Positions 61,101-64,000 of a stretch of 64,000 bases of DNA are shown here, piece by piece. Location: contig JBHGNT010000001.1 in NCBI GenBank assembly GCA_043228905.1, positions 24,738,001 through 24,802,000 of the forward strand, given 5' to 3'. A model generated the notes under the pieces. The model was not told the DNA's origin and did no database searches. It worked only from the letters and a program-made list of their open reading frames with translations. This DNA is from Azolla caroliniana (lineage: Eukaryota; Plantae; Polypodiophyta). Every line of letters begins with the position of its first letter. Position 1 is the stretch's first letter. Position numbers and translations under genes: made by a program.

Positions 61101-64000
61101 TTTTACAAATGCCAAAATCACCATTAATATATGGAAATCCACAGGCCTCTAAACATGCTACCAGACACAAGGAATCAATGACCATAAAATGGAACTTGAA
61201 AATGTATGTAACTCAGCGTTGTTAACTCGTTATCACTGGACTTTAAAGGATACATAAGGCAATTTTAGAGAGGCATGTGCAAAATGCAATTTAAGTTTCT
61301 TGAAAGCGCTAATGAGTGCTCATGTATGTAACAGGACGGTGAAGTCTACACCAATGGAAATTCTGAGTACCACATAAGAGAGTTAAAAAAGAGTCTTTTG
61401 GAAATTTATCATCCCATTGTCATCTCATATATAAAATGTGAACGTAACAAGCTTCTTGGAATAGGTTCACAAAAACTTATTGTCACGCTCTTCCATACAA
61501 AAGGTATGCTCCAAATTCACCATTCACAAATGTTGGAATTCCTACAGAAAAAACTGAAAGGGACAATTATCCAATGACCATTAGCTAATCTGGACTTTTA
61601 GAAGTGTCGTTTTTTTTGGATCACATTCATGTATTGCCAGCATGTTAGAGAAAAATACTCTCCAGCTTATCAACACTCATGTTAAAACATAAGAGATTAA
61701 GTTTCCATGGTCCACGTGATTTTTGTGTGATATGTGACAGGTAGCAGTTCAGAGGGTTGTCATATTCTCATACACAGTTTGAGTTTGATGCACATAGACA
61801 TCTCTCTAAGACACTTTCTAAGCTACTTGGATACAGCATAAATTTTGATCCTGGCCTGGTTTTAAACTTTTAAAGGTTGGATTATCAAAACTATTCTATA
61901 CTTCCTGACTAATAAAATATTTGACCTCACTAACTGCTTTTCCTTTTTTTTCCAACATTCATTCAGAAATCTAGATGGATGAATTATGGTAGGATGTTTT
62001 TCAACTTCATTTTAGAGAAGAGATAGACACTCACTGCACATAATGTGCTAGCAGATTTGTACGATGATATGCCAAAGTCAAGTTGTAATCCAAGAATGTC
62101 ATGGCTTTATCAGCTCCAACAGGACGCCATTTCCTTACTCGTGAAGAAGCTTGTTTCAGAGAGCACACAAGAGACACATACATGTTTCTATTAAGAGAAT
62201 CACCCACAAATCCTGCAAAGTTTGCAAACTAAACAAATGTAAACGATTAAAGAAATTACTAACACTATCAAACCAAAAATCCTTAAAAGAGGATAAATAA
62301 ATGCTGAACTCAATATATATGTATGTATGTGGGTACATATATATATATATATACCAACATAACTTGATTTCCCACATTTTCCGGAATGATCTGTCCTTAG
62401 TACCTACACATCTTCATTCTTTTGACAAACCTACACACTTCCTTCACCCCATCCTATTGACCCTTCCATATTGAGCCAAGTGATTCACGAGGAATTTCAA
62501 GCCTTTTATTCTTTGGGGGTTAGATTAAAAACATATTTTCTGTTTGTTTACTTTGTTTGACGAACATAAGAAGTTGTAATCATTACCAGGTCTCATGGAC
62601 CATTATGGTCTTTCAGAAAAGTGAATTAATGTACTTCTCTAGTCATGAGGTTGTCACAAATGATATGTAGAAAAGCATCCAACCCACACAAGATCATCTA
62701 AGCTGAATTGGTGGCACTCCACATGATGGTAGTAACATTATTCTGGACAGTGAATCTTGTCAACTGGATTCAAGTCAAGCCACCGCAAATAATTACATGT
62801 AAGGCGTTTGATGCATCAAAGCAAATGATGATAACCAAACATGCAAAATGATCATAGTACCCACAGGTGATTAAGTGGTTCAATCACAACAGCCTCGACA
62901 TCAATAGCTTGCATTATGGGCATAACTTTAAAAACTAGCTCTAAAGCTAATATTAATGGTTTAAGTGTAGGATAGCTATGAGACCAATTATCCAAGGACT
63001 GCAGACAAATCTATAAGGAGCGATGACATGTGGGAAGATGTGGTTGGTTGGGAGTGTGTTGGGATATATAAGGGGATTCCATACTCATTCAACCACATGC
63101 ATTCAAATAACAATCATGGAGTTCAAGAAAACCTAGAGCTTTTATTTTTGTTTTAGTATGGAGGACATAATTCGACCATATTTGTAATCATGATTTATCT
63201 CATACGCAAATTTTGGCCTCTAGTAGACGTTAATATATCGTGTTCTCTCTCTCTCTCTCTCTCTCCAAGCAAGGATGTAGACTCTCCATTGAACACTTGT
63301 GGTTAAAATCCTCCAGCACTGGTAGTCACCAATCAGCTACACACAAACATGAAAAATGCTTCCTTTGGTGTCATAGGTCATATTTAACCTCGAAGGACAA
63401 TAAAAAAATCTATCTACTGATCATATGCACAGCATTCAATGGTCGCATACAGAATATAGGAAAATATTTCTTTTGGATCGATAGGACAGTTCATATTTGC
63501 TTGAAAAGGAAAATTTACCTTATATGAGTCATTCATATTTAAGCAAACACACTATATGAAAAATGTTTCCTCAGTCAGCAATCTTATTTTAAGCTCTAAA
63601 GACGAATAAATAAAGGATGTATGCATATATGTGTGTGTGTGTGTGTGTACATAGATGTACATACGTGAATGAATGCAAGTTTTTTTGTTGTATGTATCAA
63701 TGGTACATGTAGAATCATTCATACAATGCTTACCAATCCGTTTGTTCTGGAAACGTTCCAAGAAAACAGTTGCATTCAATGGTGGCAAATTGCAATCCTG
63801 GGGCTGCCACCGCCAAGTGAGGATATCCTTAGCATTAGATTTGTTATTGCGCAAGCAATTCCATCCTTTAAAGATATCCCTACAGCTCTCATTATAAGCT
63901 TCCCTCCTTTTCTTGTCAAGAACCCATTTTCCGAAGCTTACATCACATTGTGCATTCACATGAGACCTCTCCATTGTCATTTCAGCACTAAATTTCTTCC
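58116..64000 (-). CDS. TBL13: Trichome birefringence-like (TBL/PC-esterase) polysaccharide O-acetyltransferase, TBL13-like; 5' end outside window
   Basis: GT-AG exons >64000-63734, 62212-62035, 59586-59449, 59220-59100, 58896-58762 and 58379-58116 join in frame. Motifs: CD..G.WV..C..WRWQP..C, FVGDSLNRN, NTGHWWWAP.KFDP, RTQSPRHFEGGDW and DCMHWCLPGVTDVWN. Confidence 0.92.

Overview
Repeat-rich land-plant nuclear DNA (the intron style and TE families suggest a fern or other non-seed plant, which is inference). It has two apparently intact intron-containing host genes, both on the - strand: a clade II serine carboxypeptidase-like gene (7924-11042) and a TBL13-like trichome-birefringence O-acetyltransferase (58116 to beyond the window end). 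Most of the rest is nested Ty1/copia, Ty3/gypsy, LINE and MITE sequence, and several LTR pairs, PBSs and TSDs can be resolved exactly. The main discovery appears once the nested retroelements are removed. An intronless Sola-like DDD/E transposase pseudogene with a C-terminal BAH/Tudor-like segment (34818->32158, -) sits head-to-head with a spliced, bacterial-type beta-class N4C/N6A DNA amino-methyltransferase pseudogene (42228->53470, +). The MTase carries the motifs DIPY, W-K...E, P-QKP and LDLFSGTGTT. This suggests a decayed DNA transposon carrying a 4mC/6mA methyltransferase as cargo. Secondary oddities include a gag-only LTR element with a tRNA-Trp PBS, 4-bp TSD and a tRNA-like Pol III cassette in its LTRs, CCGG-rich 54-bp LTR arrays, and a duplicated intron that may add micro-exons to the SCPL gene. 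All family assignments come from motif recognition, not database searches.
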